From Vicinamibacterales bacterium (GTDB lineage Bacteria > Acidobacteriota > Vicinamibacteria > Vicinamibacterales > UBA8438): a stretch of DNA of 64,000 nt. Below, piece after piece: positions 1 through 8,179 of the stretch. A program made the position numbers and the translations under genes. The notes beneath the pieces are model-generated. The model was not told the DNA's origin. It worked only from the letters and a program-made list of their open reading frames with translations, and did not search any database. The stretch lies in NCBI GenBank assembly GCA_965217045.1, contig OZ244229.1, positions 265,768-329,767 on the forward strand. The letters run 5' to 3'. Each line of letters opens with the position of its first letter. Position 1 is the first letter of the stretch.

Positions 1-229
1 CGCGCGTCGTCGGCATGTCGTAGACCGCCTTGGCCACGAAGGCTCGCGCCAGTGCCGCGCGGTCCTTGCGCGGACGCCCCGGCACCCGGAAGCACCGGGG
101 AATCCACTGCTCGATACGGATGACCTCGAGAGTCTGCACCAACTGCTGCTGTTTCCCGGTCAGCGGACCCAACACGGGCTCCAACTGGGGGAACAGCGCA
201 CGCTGGATCGACTGCCAATAGGGGGCGAA

Positions 230-1097
230 GTAGAGTCGAGGAGAGGCGCGTAGCCGGTAGGGGGTCGGTGGCTTATCCGGCGCTTTCGCAATCGGGCCGC
301 AGGCCGAGTCCCGTGGGTACGTTTCCTCCCCCCGCTCTCCGAACCCGGCGGGCCGATTTCCGGCACCGGGCTCTCCAGTGGAATCATGCGGCTCGCGCAC
401 GGGCTTCCCGGTCACGACCAGCGGACGGGTCTCGCGAGCCCTGGCACCAGGCTCGCACCCTTGAGCCGGCCGGCCGGTGCGTCGTCAGGCCTGTTGACGC
501 CCTGGCGACGGCGACCGCTCGGGTCGTCCCCTTCGCTTGTGCATGTGATGACATCCGGCATTCCTGCTCATCTCCGGGGTGATAGGCCGTTCGGCCACTC
601 CCGTGAGCCTGCTCCCTTTCGCCATCGCTTCCACCTGAGGTCCCTTCCCTCCGCCGGCATTACCCGGCTTCCTCGGTACCTACGGACCTCTCCGCCACCC
701 TGACCGGCCCGACCTGACCCTCGCGGGCTGTCCGTTGGCGCGTGCCACGCCACCGGCAGGGCTTCCCGTGTTGCGACCAATCCCCTCTTCCACACGTGCC
801 GCCGCCATTACCCCGGCGGAACCGGTCGGTGCTCGCGTCGCTCGCTTCCCGACCGCTGGCAGCCTTCCCCGTTATTCCGGCGGGTCGGCTTCCGCGTTAC
901 CCGTTTCGAGGCCTGCTCGGCGTTCAACGTCGTTGCGGCCCGCGTGGTCGCTGAACCGCCCAAGGCGGCCCTTTGTCGTCGGAGTGCTTCAGCCGATGTC
1001 GTTGCCTCCGTCGTCCGCTCCGACTGCTACCGGCTGGAGCGACAGTTGCCGGGCGGGATTCGCACCCGCTGAGGAATGGCACCTTGTCACGGCGCAC
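230..1097 (-). ncRNA. ORF-less group II intron (868 nt)
   Basis: This insert is absent from the paralogous site 55068/55069. On the minus strand it starts GUGCGCC and ends CUCUAC, and lies exactly between codons 7 and 8. A domain V motif is at 373-341. No RT/maturase ORF is present in six frames. Confidence 0.75.
341..373 (-). ncRNA. group II intron domain V
   Basis: The minus-strand sequence is GAGCCCGGUGCCGGAAAUCGGCCCGCCGGGUUC. The lower helix GAGCCCGG/CCGGGUUC carries the AGC triad, there is a 2-nt 3' bulge, and the upper helix GCCG/CGGC is capped by a GAAA-containing loop. Confidence 0.75.
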
Positions 1098-1190
1098 GGA
1101 ACCACGCAGGCTGTTCATGGTGTGTTTGATTGACCGCTCCTGCCAACTACTGTATATTGGCGGACAATGAAGATGTGAAGCAGCGAATCG

Positions 1191-1652
1191 ATGGCCTACA
1201 GCGCAGCGTTACGCCGCTATGAGGAGCAATACGACGCGCTCAAGGCGGAACTGCAAACCCTCGGGTTCATGGGCCAGGGTAGCGTTCACACCCGCCGGAT
1301 AACGTGTGGGAGGGCTACCTGTCGCTGCCACGACGACCCGGACGCCCGTCACGGCCCCTACCACTACTGGACGCGCAAGGCCCGCGGAAAGACCGTCGGC
1401 TTGAAGCTCACCGAAGACGAACTCGTCCTCTACCGGGAGTGGATCGAGAACAACCGTAAACTGGAACGGCTCGTGAAGGAAATGCGCCACCTCTCTTCGT
1501 GTGCGCTTGCCCTCATAACCGTAAACTGGCACGGCGTGAAGGAAATGCGCCACCTCTCTTCGTGTGCGCTTGCCCTCTCCATGAACCCCCGTGTCGCCGG
1601 CTTCCCGGGCGCGGTCACTGCCATCCTGCGAACGCTGCATCCCGCCCGCTGA
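1191..1652 (+). CDS. small Cys-rich IS accessory protein (DUF6788-like; motif CGRATCRCH...HGPYHYWTRK), C-terminus altered by a tandem duplication
   Basis: ORF track. It is a paralog of 55161-55508, lies divergent from the transposase, and is inside the IS boundaries in both copies. Confidence 0.6.
   Translation: MAYSAALRRYEEQYDALKAELQTLGFMGQGSVHTRRITCGRATCRCHDDPDARHGPYHYWTRKARGKTVGLKLTEDELVLYREWIENNRKLERLVKEMRHLSSCALALITVNWHGVKEMRHLSSCALALSMNPRVAGFPGAVTAILRTLHPAR
1454..1577 (+). repeat. tandem duplication, about 65-bp period (units 1454-1518 and 1519-1577)
   Basis: CCGTAAACTGG[A/C]ACGG..GTGAAGGAAATGCGCCACCTCTCTTCGTGTGCGCTTGCCCTC occurs twice, so the peptide VKEMRHLSSCALAL is repeated. Copy 2 (55425-55500) has a single unit. 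Confidence 0.85.
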
Positions 1653-1802
1653 CCGTCCCTCGCCCCGCCGCCTCCGGCAAGGAAAAAACTCGGCCGATCA
1701 CGCGTTTCGCAAGAGGCTCATTGGGTAAGCTGGCTCATGGCACGGAAGCGGCGCCGCCCGCGGCCGGCGCCTGCGCCGGGTCCGGCGTCGCCTCCTCCGC
1801 CG

Positions 1803-3947
1803 CTACCGGATCGCGTTGTCCGGCAGCCGCAGCGCCACGAGCGCTCCGGGTTGCCCGCGCCGCGCGCTGCCCGTCTGCATGAGGATGTACTGCACGCCGT
1901 CAGCAAGGTAGGTCATCATGCCGTACTGCCCTGGAATCGGCACCTCGACGCTGGCCAGGATCTCGCCCGACCGCTTGTCGCGGGCCCGCAGCAGCGGCAG
2001 GCCGTTGGCGCCGAGTTCCGCCTCGCCCCGCAGGTCCTCGGTGGTCTGCACCAGCAGGTCGCCCACGACCATCTGGATGGAGCGTCCCGTCCCGCCCAGG
2101 TTCGGCAGGTCGACGCCGGCCAGGCGGGGGTGGTTCCGGAACCGCTCGGGGGTCTCCCCGATCGGGATATCCCACAACCGCTCCCCGGTGTTCATGTCGT
2201 AGGCGGCCAGTCCCTGGAAGAGCGGACGGTACACCGGCAGCCCGTCGATCTGGGCCGGAAACTCGGCCGGCCCGCCCGGGGCCCAGGCAGCAACCGTCGT
2301 GCCGGTCGTGGGCGTGTGCCGCTCCCGGCCCCGCCAGGCCTCGGCCGACAGACCGGGCAACCCGCGCTCATCGTCGACGCCGTTGGTGGGCACCATGAAG
2401 CGCGGCGCGCTGCACACCCGGTTGTGGGGCGCGTACATGATCCCGGTCGTGGGGTCGGCCACGGCGGGGTGATAGATGTTGAGCCCGCCCATGCAGCCGA
2501 TCACGTTCCGGTAGTCGTTGTCGTGCGGATACGGCAGCGGGGGCACGTACAGGCCCCCGAGCCGGAACTCGCTGAGGATCTCGAGCGCCTCGCGCTTCAG
2601 CTCCGGCGTGAAGTCCAGCACGTAGTCCTCGGTCAGCCCATCGACCACGATCGGGTCGAGCGGCTCGGGCCGGGTCGGATACGGCTGGGTGGGGGCAGTG
2701 TAGTTGCCCGGCACCTGGGTCTGCATCACCGCGCGTTCCTCGATCGGCCAGAGCGGCTCGCCGGTGGCCCGGTTGAACGCGAAGATCAACCCCTGCTTGG
2801 TGTTCTGGACGAGCGCCGGCACCGGCGTGCTGTCGACCGTGAGGTCCATCAGGATCGGTGCAACCGGCAGGTCGTAGTTCCACTGCTCGCTGCGGTGGAT
2901 CTGGAAGTGCCACCGCCGCTCCCCGGTCGCCACGTCGAGCGCCAGCACGCTGCCGCCGAACAGGTTGTGGCCCGGCCGGTGGCCCGTGTAGGACTGGACG
3001 GTCGAGGCATTGGTCACCAGGTAGACGAGCCCGAGCTCCGGGTCGGCCGAGGCCGGCGCCCAGGTGGACATGTCGCCCGACCAGCGCCAGGCGTCGTTCT
3101 CCCAGGTCTCGTGGCCGTACTCGCCGGGGCGGGGGATCACGTGGAACTTCCAGAGCACCGCGCCGGTGCGGGCATCGATACCCATGATGTCCCCCGGCAC
3201 GTTCTCGATGCGGGTCTGGTCGTAGCTCGGCTCGTGACCCACGAGCACCACCACCACCCCGTTGACCACAATCGGGGGCGACGAGGCGGTGACCATCCCC
3301 AGTCGGCGGGGAACGCCGTGATCCGGGTCATAGGGACCGTCCCAGGCCAGCCACGGACCCCAGTCGGCCACCAGGGGCGGAATGAGGTCGACGACACCGC
3401 TGCGCGAGAAGGTGTCGATCTCGACCGGCTCGCCCCAGCCTTCGAGCGGTCGGCCGGTGCGGGCGTCCAACGCCCAGAGAAAGAAGGCGGGCGAGGTGAC
3501 GAAGACGACGCCCCGGCCGTCGACCTCCGCATAGGCGACTCCCTTGCCGAAGTCGGTGCGCGGCGAACGGAGGTAGCGCATCGTCTCAGGCTCGCGGAAG
3601 GCCCAGAGCGTCTCGCCGGTGGCGGCGTCGATCGCCACCACCTGCCGGCGCTGGCCGGCGACGGTGTAGAGCACGCCGTCGGCGAACACCGGCGTGGCCC
3701 GCGTCGTGTACTCGACGCCGGGCCCGAAGTTGTTGCCGCGCCAGATCCAGGCAACCTCGAGGTCGGCAAAGTTGTCGGCGTCGATCTGGGTGAGCCAGGG
3801 GTTGGAGCGGGTGTGGCCGGCGTCGCCGCCCAGGTAGCGCCACTCGCCGTCCTCGACCCCCGGAAGCTGGGCGGCAGCCGGGGAAGCCGCCCCGAGCAGG
3901 CAGGCCAGCGCGGCCAGGACGCCGCCGGTTCTACGGTATCGCGTCAT
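1803..3947 (-). CDS. PQQ-dependent dehydrogenase (quinoprotein, 8-bladed propeller), secreted
   Basis: ORF 1803-4127 trimmed to MTRYRRTGGVLAALACLLGAASPAAAQ, a signal peptide. Repeated quinoprotein propeller segments are present, for example VYTVAGQRRQVVAIDAATGETLW. Confidence 0.85.
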   Translation of the reverse strand: MTRYRRTGGVLAALACLLGAASPAAAQLPGVEDGEWRYLGGDAGHTRSNPWLTQIDADNFADLEVAWIWRGNNFGPGVEYTTRATPVFADGVLYTVAGQRRQVVAIDAATGETLWAFREPETMRYLRSPRTDFGKGVAYAEVDGRGVVFVTSPAFFLWALDARTGRPLEGWGEPVEIDTFSRSGVVDLIPPLVADWGPWLAWDGPYDPDHGVPRRLGMVTASSPPIVVNGVVVVLVGHEPSYDQTRIENVPGDIMGIDARTGAVLWKFHVIPRPGEYGHETWENDAWRWSGDMSTWAPASADPELGLVYLVTNASTVQSYTGHRPGHNLFGGSVLALDVATGERRWHFQIHRSEQWNYDLPVAPILMDLTVDSTPVPALVQNTKQGLIFAFNRATGEPLWPIEERAVMQTQVPGNYTAPTQPYPTRPEPLDPIVVDGLTEDYVLDFTPELKREALEILSEFRLGGLYVPPLPYPHDNDYRNVIGCMGGLNIYHPAVADPTTGIMYAPHNRVCSAPRFMVPTNGVDDERGLPGLSAEAWRGRERHTPTTGTTVAAWAPGGPAEFPAQIDGLPVYRPLFQGLAAYDMNTGERLWDIPIGETPERFRNHPRLAGVDLPNLGGTGRSIQMVVGDLLVQTTEDLRGEAELGANGLPLLRARDKRSGEILASVEVPIPGQYGMMTYLADGVQYILMQTGSARRGQPGALVALRLPDNAIR

Positions 3948-4002
3948 CGTGCTCCTCCGGGTCTCGCCGGACCGCAGACAGATAGCAAGGTCGCCGGCGG
4001 CG

Positions 4003-5643
4003 CTACCGCAGCTCGCGGGGAAGCGCCTCGCCTTCCAGCAACAGGTAGAGGTGAGCCTCGAGCTGCTGCATGCCGGCCTCGCCGTCGAGCGCCACTTGCC
4101 CGTCGCCGTCGACGTCGAAGCCTTCAACGATCTGATAGGCCAGGGCTCGAAGCCGGCCCACGAGCGGCGCCGCGCGGCGGATCGAGACGGCGTCGCCGAG
4201 CTGCCGGGCGACCTCGGCGGCCCTGTGCGCGTTGGCGAGCAGGCCGGCCGCGATCCGGGAGACGTGCCCGGCGTGCGTCTGCACGTTGTCCGAGGCCCCC
4301 GACGCGCCAGCCGCCCGCTCCAGATGGCTGACCAGGGCCTCGACGGCGGGTATCACGCCGAACCCGAGCCCGGGGCCGGACGCGCCGTCGGCCGGCTCCA
4401 GCAGGTGCAGCACGTGCCCGGCGTGCCGCCGCATCGCGCCGAAGTCGCTCAGGTCACCGGCCGCGAAGTTGGCGTGGAGCGCCATCGTGCCGACCTCGGC
4501 CGAGGCGGTGGCCGCCAGGCTCCGTCCCCCGGGCGCCCCGGGGAAGCCGTAGGCGACATGCCCCACATGCGCGGGCGCGGTCCCGCCCGGGAGCGCGGTG
4601 GCGTCACCGTTCGGCACGTGCCTCTCGAGCATCCGGCGGCGCACGACCGCGCCATACACGTTGCCGGCCGAGTCGACGCCCACGCCTTCGGCGCCGCTGT
4701 GCTCGATGGCCGTCGGTTCCAGATCTTCGATCAGATACTGGACCGACCCGTCGCGCGCGCTCCCCACCCGGATGCCCTTCTTCCAACCCGGGTTGTCGGT
4801 GCCGTAGGACTCGGAGTCGGCCACGTAGATGCGGTCGTCGGCGCCGATGGCGATGCCGCTGGGACGGCCGAACTGATACCAGACGTCGAGCAGCGTCCCC
4901 TCCTGATCGAAGATCTGGATCCGGTTGTTGGCCCGATCGCCGACGAACAGGCGGCCCTGGGAGTCGAGCGCGATCGTGTGCGGCACGTTGAACTCGCCGG
5001 GCCCCGAGCCGGTACCCCCCCAGGACATCACGAACGTGCCGTCGGCCGCCCACTTGGTCACCCGGTTGGCGCCCGGAGCGAAGCTGTGCCCTTCGGTGAT
5101 GAAGATCTCGCCGCCGGGGGTGACGATGACGTCGGTCGGCTCGTCGAGCAGCGGCGGATCCCCCGGTGTGCCCCGCTCGCCGATGGTCAGGAGGTGGTTG
5201 CCCTCGGCGTCGAACTTCACCACCCGGTGCCCGCGCTGGTCCGCCACCCAGACGTTGCCCTCGTCGTCGAGGTCCAGGCCGTGCGGGAAGTCGAACAGCC
5301 CCGACCCCCAGCTCAGGAGCAGGCGGCCCGACGGGTCGAGCTTCAGCAGCGCCGGCTCGCTGCGCCCGGTGCAGGAGTTCTGCAGGCAGCGGCTCAGCAG
5401 ATAGATGTTGCCGTCGGGTCCCTCGTCGGCGCCGATGAACGACGCCCGCTCGTCGTAGGCGCCCGGCACGTACGGATCCGGCAACTCGCCCCACGGGTGC
5501 ACGCGGGCGTAGGGGTTGGGCAGGTCGTTGGTCGGCGCCATCCGGGTCTGGTCCTGGAGCTGTGCGTGCGCGGGCGCCGCGGGCGCCAGCAGCGCCGCGG
5601 CGAGCATGCCAGCGGTAAACGTAGAGGGCATCGGGTTCCGCAT
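4003..5643 (-). CDS. secreted NHL-repeat beta-propeller protein with a C-terminal His-rich helical domain of about 190 aa
   Basis: Signal peptide MRNPMPSTFTAGMLAAALLAPAAPAHAQ. NHL-type repeats are present (VWVADQRGHRVVKFD, LFVGDRANNRIQIFD, IYVADSES). Confidence 0.7.
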   Translation of the reverse strand: MRNPMPSTFTAGMLAAALLAPAAPAHAQLQDQTRMAPTNDLPNPYARVHPWGELPDPYVPGAYDERASFIGADEGPDGNIYLLSRCLQNSCTGRSEPALLKLDPSGRLLLSWGSGLFDFPHGLDLDDEGNVWVADQRGHRVVKFDAEGNHLLTIGERGTPGDPPLLDEPTDVIVTPGGEIFITEGHSFAPGANRVTKWAADGTFVMSWGGTGSGPGEFNVPHTIALDSQGRLFVGDRANNRIQIFDQEGTLLDVWYQFGRPSGIAIGADDRIYVADSESYGTDNPGWKKGIRVGSARDGSVQYLIEDLEPTAIEHSGAEGVGVDSAGNVYGAVVRRRMLERHVPNGDATALPGGTAPAHVGHVAYGFPGAPGGRSLAATASAEVGTMALHANFAAGDLSDFGAMRRHAGHVLHLLEPADGASGPGLGFGVIPAVEALVSHLERAAGASGASDNVQTHAGHVSRIAAGLLANAHRAAEVARQLGDAVSIRRAAPLVGRLRALAYQIVEGFDVDGDGQVALDGEAGMQQLEAHLYLLLEGEALPRELR

Positions 5644-5697
5644 GAGCTGTTGCCTCCTCGGTTGTCAACTATAATGCGGCGAGAAGGAGATCACAGC

Positions 5698-6855
5698 ATG
5701 TCTACTGCACGCCTCGCCCTGCTCCTCGTCGCCGCGTTGAGCTTGGCGACCATCGGCGCCTCGTCCGCGGCCAACTCCGACGCAACGACCGGCGTGACAC
5801 CGGAGTTCAAGCACATCGGCAAGCTGGCGTTCGGACCCGAAGGCGTGATCTTCGCGGCCGACGGCCAGGAGGTGACCATCACCGCCCTGCAACTGGGCGA
5901 ACGGATGGCCAGCGGCGAGCCCGGCACGCAGGACGTGCCCGCCGTCGACCGCAAGATCGCCGGGCTGCTCGGCATCGACGCCGACAACCTGCTCATCACC
6001 GACATGGTGGTCGATCCGCATACGCGCAACACGTACATCTCGGTAATGCGCGGGCTCGGCGCCGGCGCGATGCCCGTTCTGGTGCGCGTTGACGGCGCGG
6101 GCGAGATCGAGGTGATCTCGTTCGATCAGGTCCCGTATACCCGGATCGGGGTGCCGAATCCGCCGCCGGCCGAAACGCCGCTAGTGCTCGCCGACGGGCG
6201 CGCGATTCCCGTGCCCAACTACCCCGACCTCGTCGATCCCGCGGGGCTGATGGGCGTCCAGACCATCACGCACATGGCCTTCGTCGACGGCAACCTGTTC
6301 GTCTCGGGCCTGTCGAACGAAGAGTTCGCGTCCAAGATGCGGGTGATTCCGTACCCGTTCCGAACGGCGAACGAGGGCACGAGCGTCGAGATCTACCACG
6401 GCTCCCACGGACAGCTCGAGACGTTCTCGCCGGTGTTCACGTTCGTGCCGTACGAGATCGACGGTGAGCCGTCGATCGTCGCCAGCTACCTGTGCACGCC
6501 GCTCGTCAAGTTCCCGATCTCGGCGCTCGAGCCGGGCGGCAAGGTACAGGGGACGACGATCGCCGAGTTCGGCAACCGCAACCGCCCGATCGACATGATC
6601 GTCTACGAGAAGGACGGGCAGGACTACATCCTGCTGTCGAACAACCAGCGCGGCGTGATGAAGGTGCCGACCGAGCCGTTCGCCGCGGCGGCGCCCATCG
6701 CCGACTATGTCCCCGACACGGGGGGCGTACCGTTCGAGACCGTCGAGTCCATGGCGGGCGTGCGGCAGCTCGATCTGCTCGATTCCACGCACGCAATGCT
6801 GCTCTTGGAGGCCGCGGGCGGCGGGCTCGACCTCGAAGCGGCCGCCCTGCCGTAG
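5698..6855 (+). CDS. secreted hypothetical protein
   Basis: Internal ATG of ORF 3949-6855, preceded by GAAGGAGA. Signal peptide MSTARLALLLVAALSLATIGASSA. The upstream part of the ORF is antisense shadow. Confidence 0.6.
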   Translation: MSTARLALLLVAALSLATIGASSAANSDATTGVTPEFKHIGKLAFGPEGVIFAADGQEVTITALQLGERMASGEPGTQDVPAVDRKIAGLLGIDADNLLITDMVVDPHTRNTYISVMRGLGAGAMPVLVRVDGAGEIEVISFDQVPYTRIGVPNPPPAETPLVLADGRAIPVPNYPDLVDPAGLMGVQTITHMAFVDGNLFVSGLSNEEFASKMRVIPYPFRTANEGTSVEIYHGSHGQLETFSPVFTFVPYEIDGEPSIVASYLCTPLVKFPISALEPGGKVQGTTIAEFGNRNRPIDMIVYEKDGQDYILLSNNQRGVMKVPTEPFAAAAPIADYVPDTGGVPFETVESMAGVRQLDLLDSTHAMLLLEAAGGGLDLEAAALP

Positions 6856-6878
6856 GGGCTGCCAGGTTCCAGCGTCCG

Positions 6879-8075
6879 ATGCTGTACACGGCGAGCGCCG
6901 CCGCCCTGGTGGCGGCGCTCGCGCTGGCGTGCTCGCGACCGACCGGGCAGGAGCCGGACCCCTTTGGCGGCGACGTCCGGATTCGCCTGAGCGCCGCGTC
7001 CTCCGGGGAGCTGGCGGTCGACGTAGACGGGTTGCCGGCCGAGGCTCTTGCGCGTCTGGAGCACGATTCCCCGACGCGGGACGCGTGGCAGGCGCTCCTG
7101 CGCGTCCAGGTGGCTCGCCCGGACCACTCGTCCGCCGCGCTCCCGCCGGTGCTCGGCAGATACGCGGTGCGCGACGGCGCGCTGCGCTTCACGCCGCAAT
7201 TTCCGTTCGATCCAGGTCAACGCTACGACGTCGTTTTCGATCCGTCGTTGCTCCCGTCCGCGCGGCACCGTTCCGCGCCTTCCCCCTTGCGCCCGGTCAG
7301 CACGACGCTCGAGGTGCCGGCTCCGGACCGCGCGCCGTCGACGCGCGTGGTCGCGGTCTATCCGTCGGCGTTGGAGGTGCCTGAGAATCACCTCCGGCTG
7401 TACATCGTCTTCTCCGCGCCGATGGGCCTGGGCGCCGGCAGCCCGTACATCCGTCTGGTCGACGAGCACGGCGGCCCGCTGGCCGATCCGTTCCTTCCGC
7501 TGGACGTCGATCTGTGGAACGAGGACCGCACGCGGTTCACCGTCCTGTACGACCCCGGGCGCGTCAAGCGCGGCATCCTGCCGAACGAGGAGATGGGCCG
7601 CCCTCTGGCGGCGGGTCGGACCTACGCGCTGGAGATCGATGCGGGCTGGCGCGATGCCGAGGGACAGCCGCTCACCGAGCCCTTCCGCCGCGAGTTCCGG
7701 GTAGGGCCGTCGCAGGAGCGCGCGCTGGACCCCGCCGACTGGCGCCTCGAGATCCCGGCCCAGGGCACCCGCGATCCGCTGGCGGTGGTCTTTCCCGCGC
7801 CGCTGGACTACGGCCTGCTGCAACGCACGCTGCGGGTAGAGACCGTCGAGGGCCGGCCGCTGGCCGGCGAGATTCGCGTGGAGCGCGAGGAGACGCGCTG
7901 GGTCTTCACGCCGCGCGCGCCATGGCGGCCCGGCCAGCACCAGCTCGTCGCGGCGGCGACGCTCGAAGACGTCGCCGGCAACCGCATCGGACGGCCGTTC
8001 GAGGTCGACGAGAACAGCGGACAGAGCGCGCAGCGAGCCAGCGGCGCCCGGGTGCCGTTCCGGATCCCCGGCTGA
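6879..8075 (+). CDS. hypothetical lipoprotein
   Basis: MLYTASAAALVAALALACS, a lipobox-like LALAC signal, within ORF 6492-8075. Confidence 0.55.
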   Translation: MLYTASAAALVAALALACSRPTGQEPDPFGGDVRIRLSAASSGELAVDVDGLPAEALARLEHDSPTRDAWQALLRVQVARPDHSSAALPPVLGRYAVRDGALRFTPQFPFDPGQRYDVVFDPSLLPSARHRSAPSPLRPVSTTLEVPAPDRAPSTRVVAVYPSALEVPENHLRLYIVFSAPMGLGAGSPYIRLVDEHGGPLADPFLPLDVDLWNEDRTRFTVLYDPGRVKRGILPNEEMGRPLAAGRTYALEIDAGWRDAEGQPLTEPFRREFRVGPSQERALDPADWRLEIPAQGTRDPLAVVFPAPLDYGLLQRTLRVETVEGRPLAGEIRVEREETRWVFTPRAPWRPGQHQLVAAATLEDVAGNRIGRPFEVDENSGQSAQRASGARVPFRIPG

Positions 8076-8179
8076 CCTGCCGCCGGGAGCCTGCGCGCCA
8101 GCGCGGCCTCGTCGTCGCGCCGCATCCGGGTGCGACGCGGGGTCTTGCGAGGACCGCCAACCCATCAGGAGCGAGAGCA

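Larger units (their letters stand above)
1..1118 (-). pseudogene. DDE transposase, 5' part, interrupted by intron (exon 1 1118-1098, exon 2 229 to beyond position 1)
   Basis: Minus-strand MNSLRGS (1118-1098) then FAPYWQSIQRALFPQ... (from 229) equals MNCLRGSFAPYWQSIQRALFPQ of the intact copy at 55088 downward. The frame is broken by the 868-nt insert. Confidence 0.8.
1..1719 (-). mobile_element. IS4/IS5-superfamily insertion sequence, copy 1 (left part outside window); transposase gene split by a group II intron
   Basis: 1-229 and 1098-1719 are colinear with the complete element at 53624-55641 (roughly 90% identical by eye). The right terminus ...CGCAAGAGGCTC ends at 1719 as it does at 55641, and similarity stops there. 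Confidence 0.8.

Noticed and set aside
1737-4331. 864-aa plus-strand ORF
   Set aside because: It is antisense to the PQQ dehydrogenase and NHL genes. Its Arg/Gly/Pro/Ala-rich composition is typical of shadow ORFs in high-GC DNA, and it has no motifs.
3949-5697. 5' 580 codons of ORF 3949-6855
   Set aside because: This is antisense shadow of the NHL protein gene. The real gene starts at the signal-peptide ATG at 5698.
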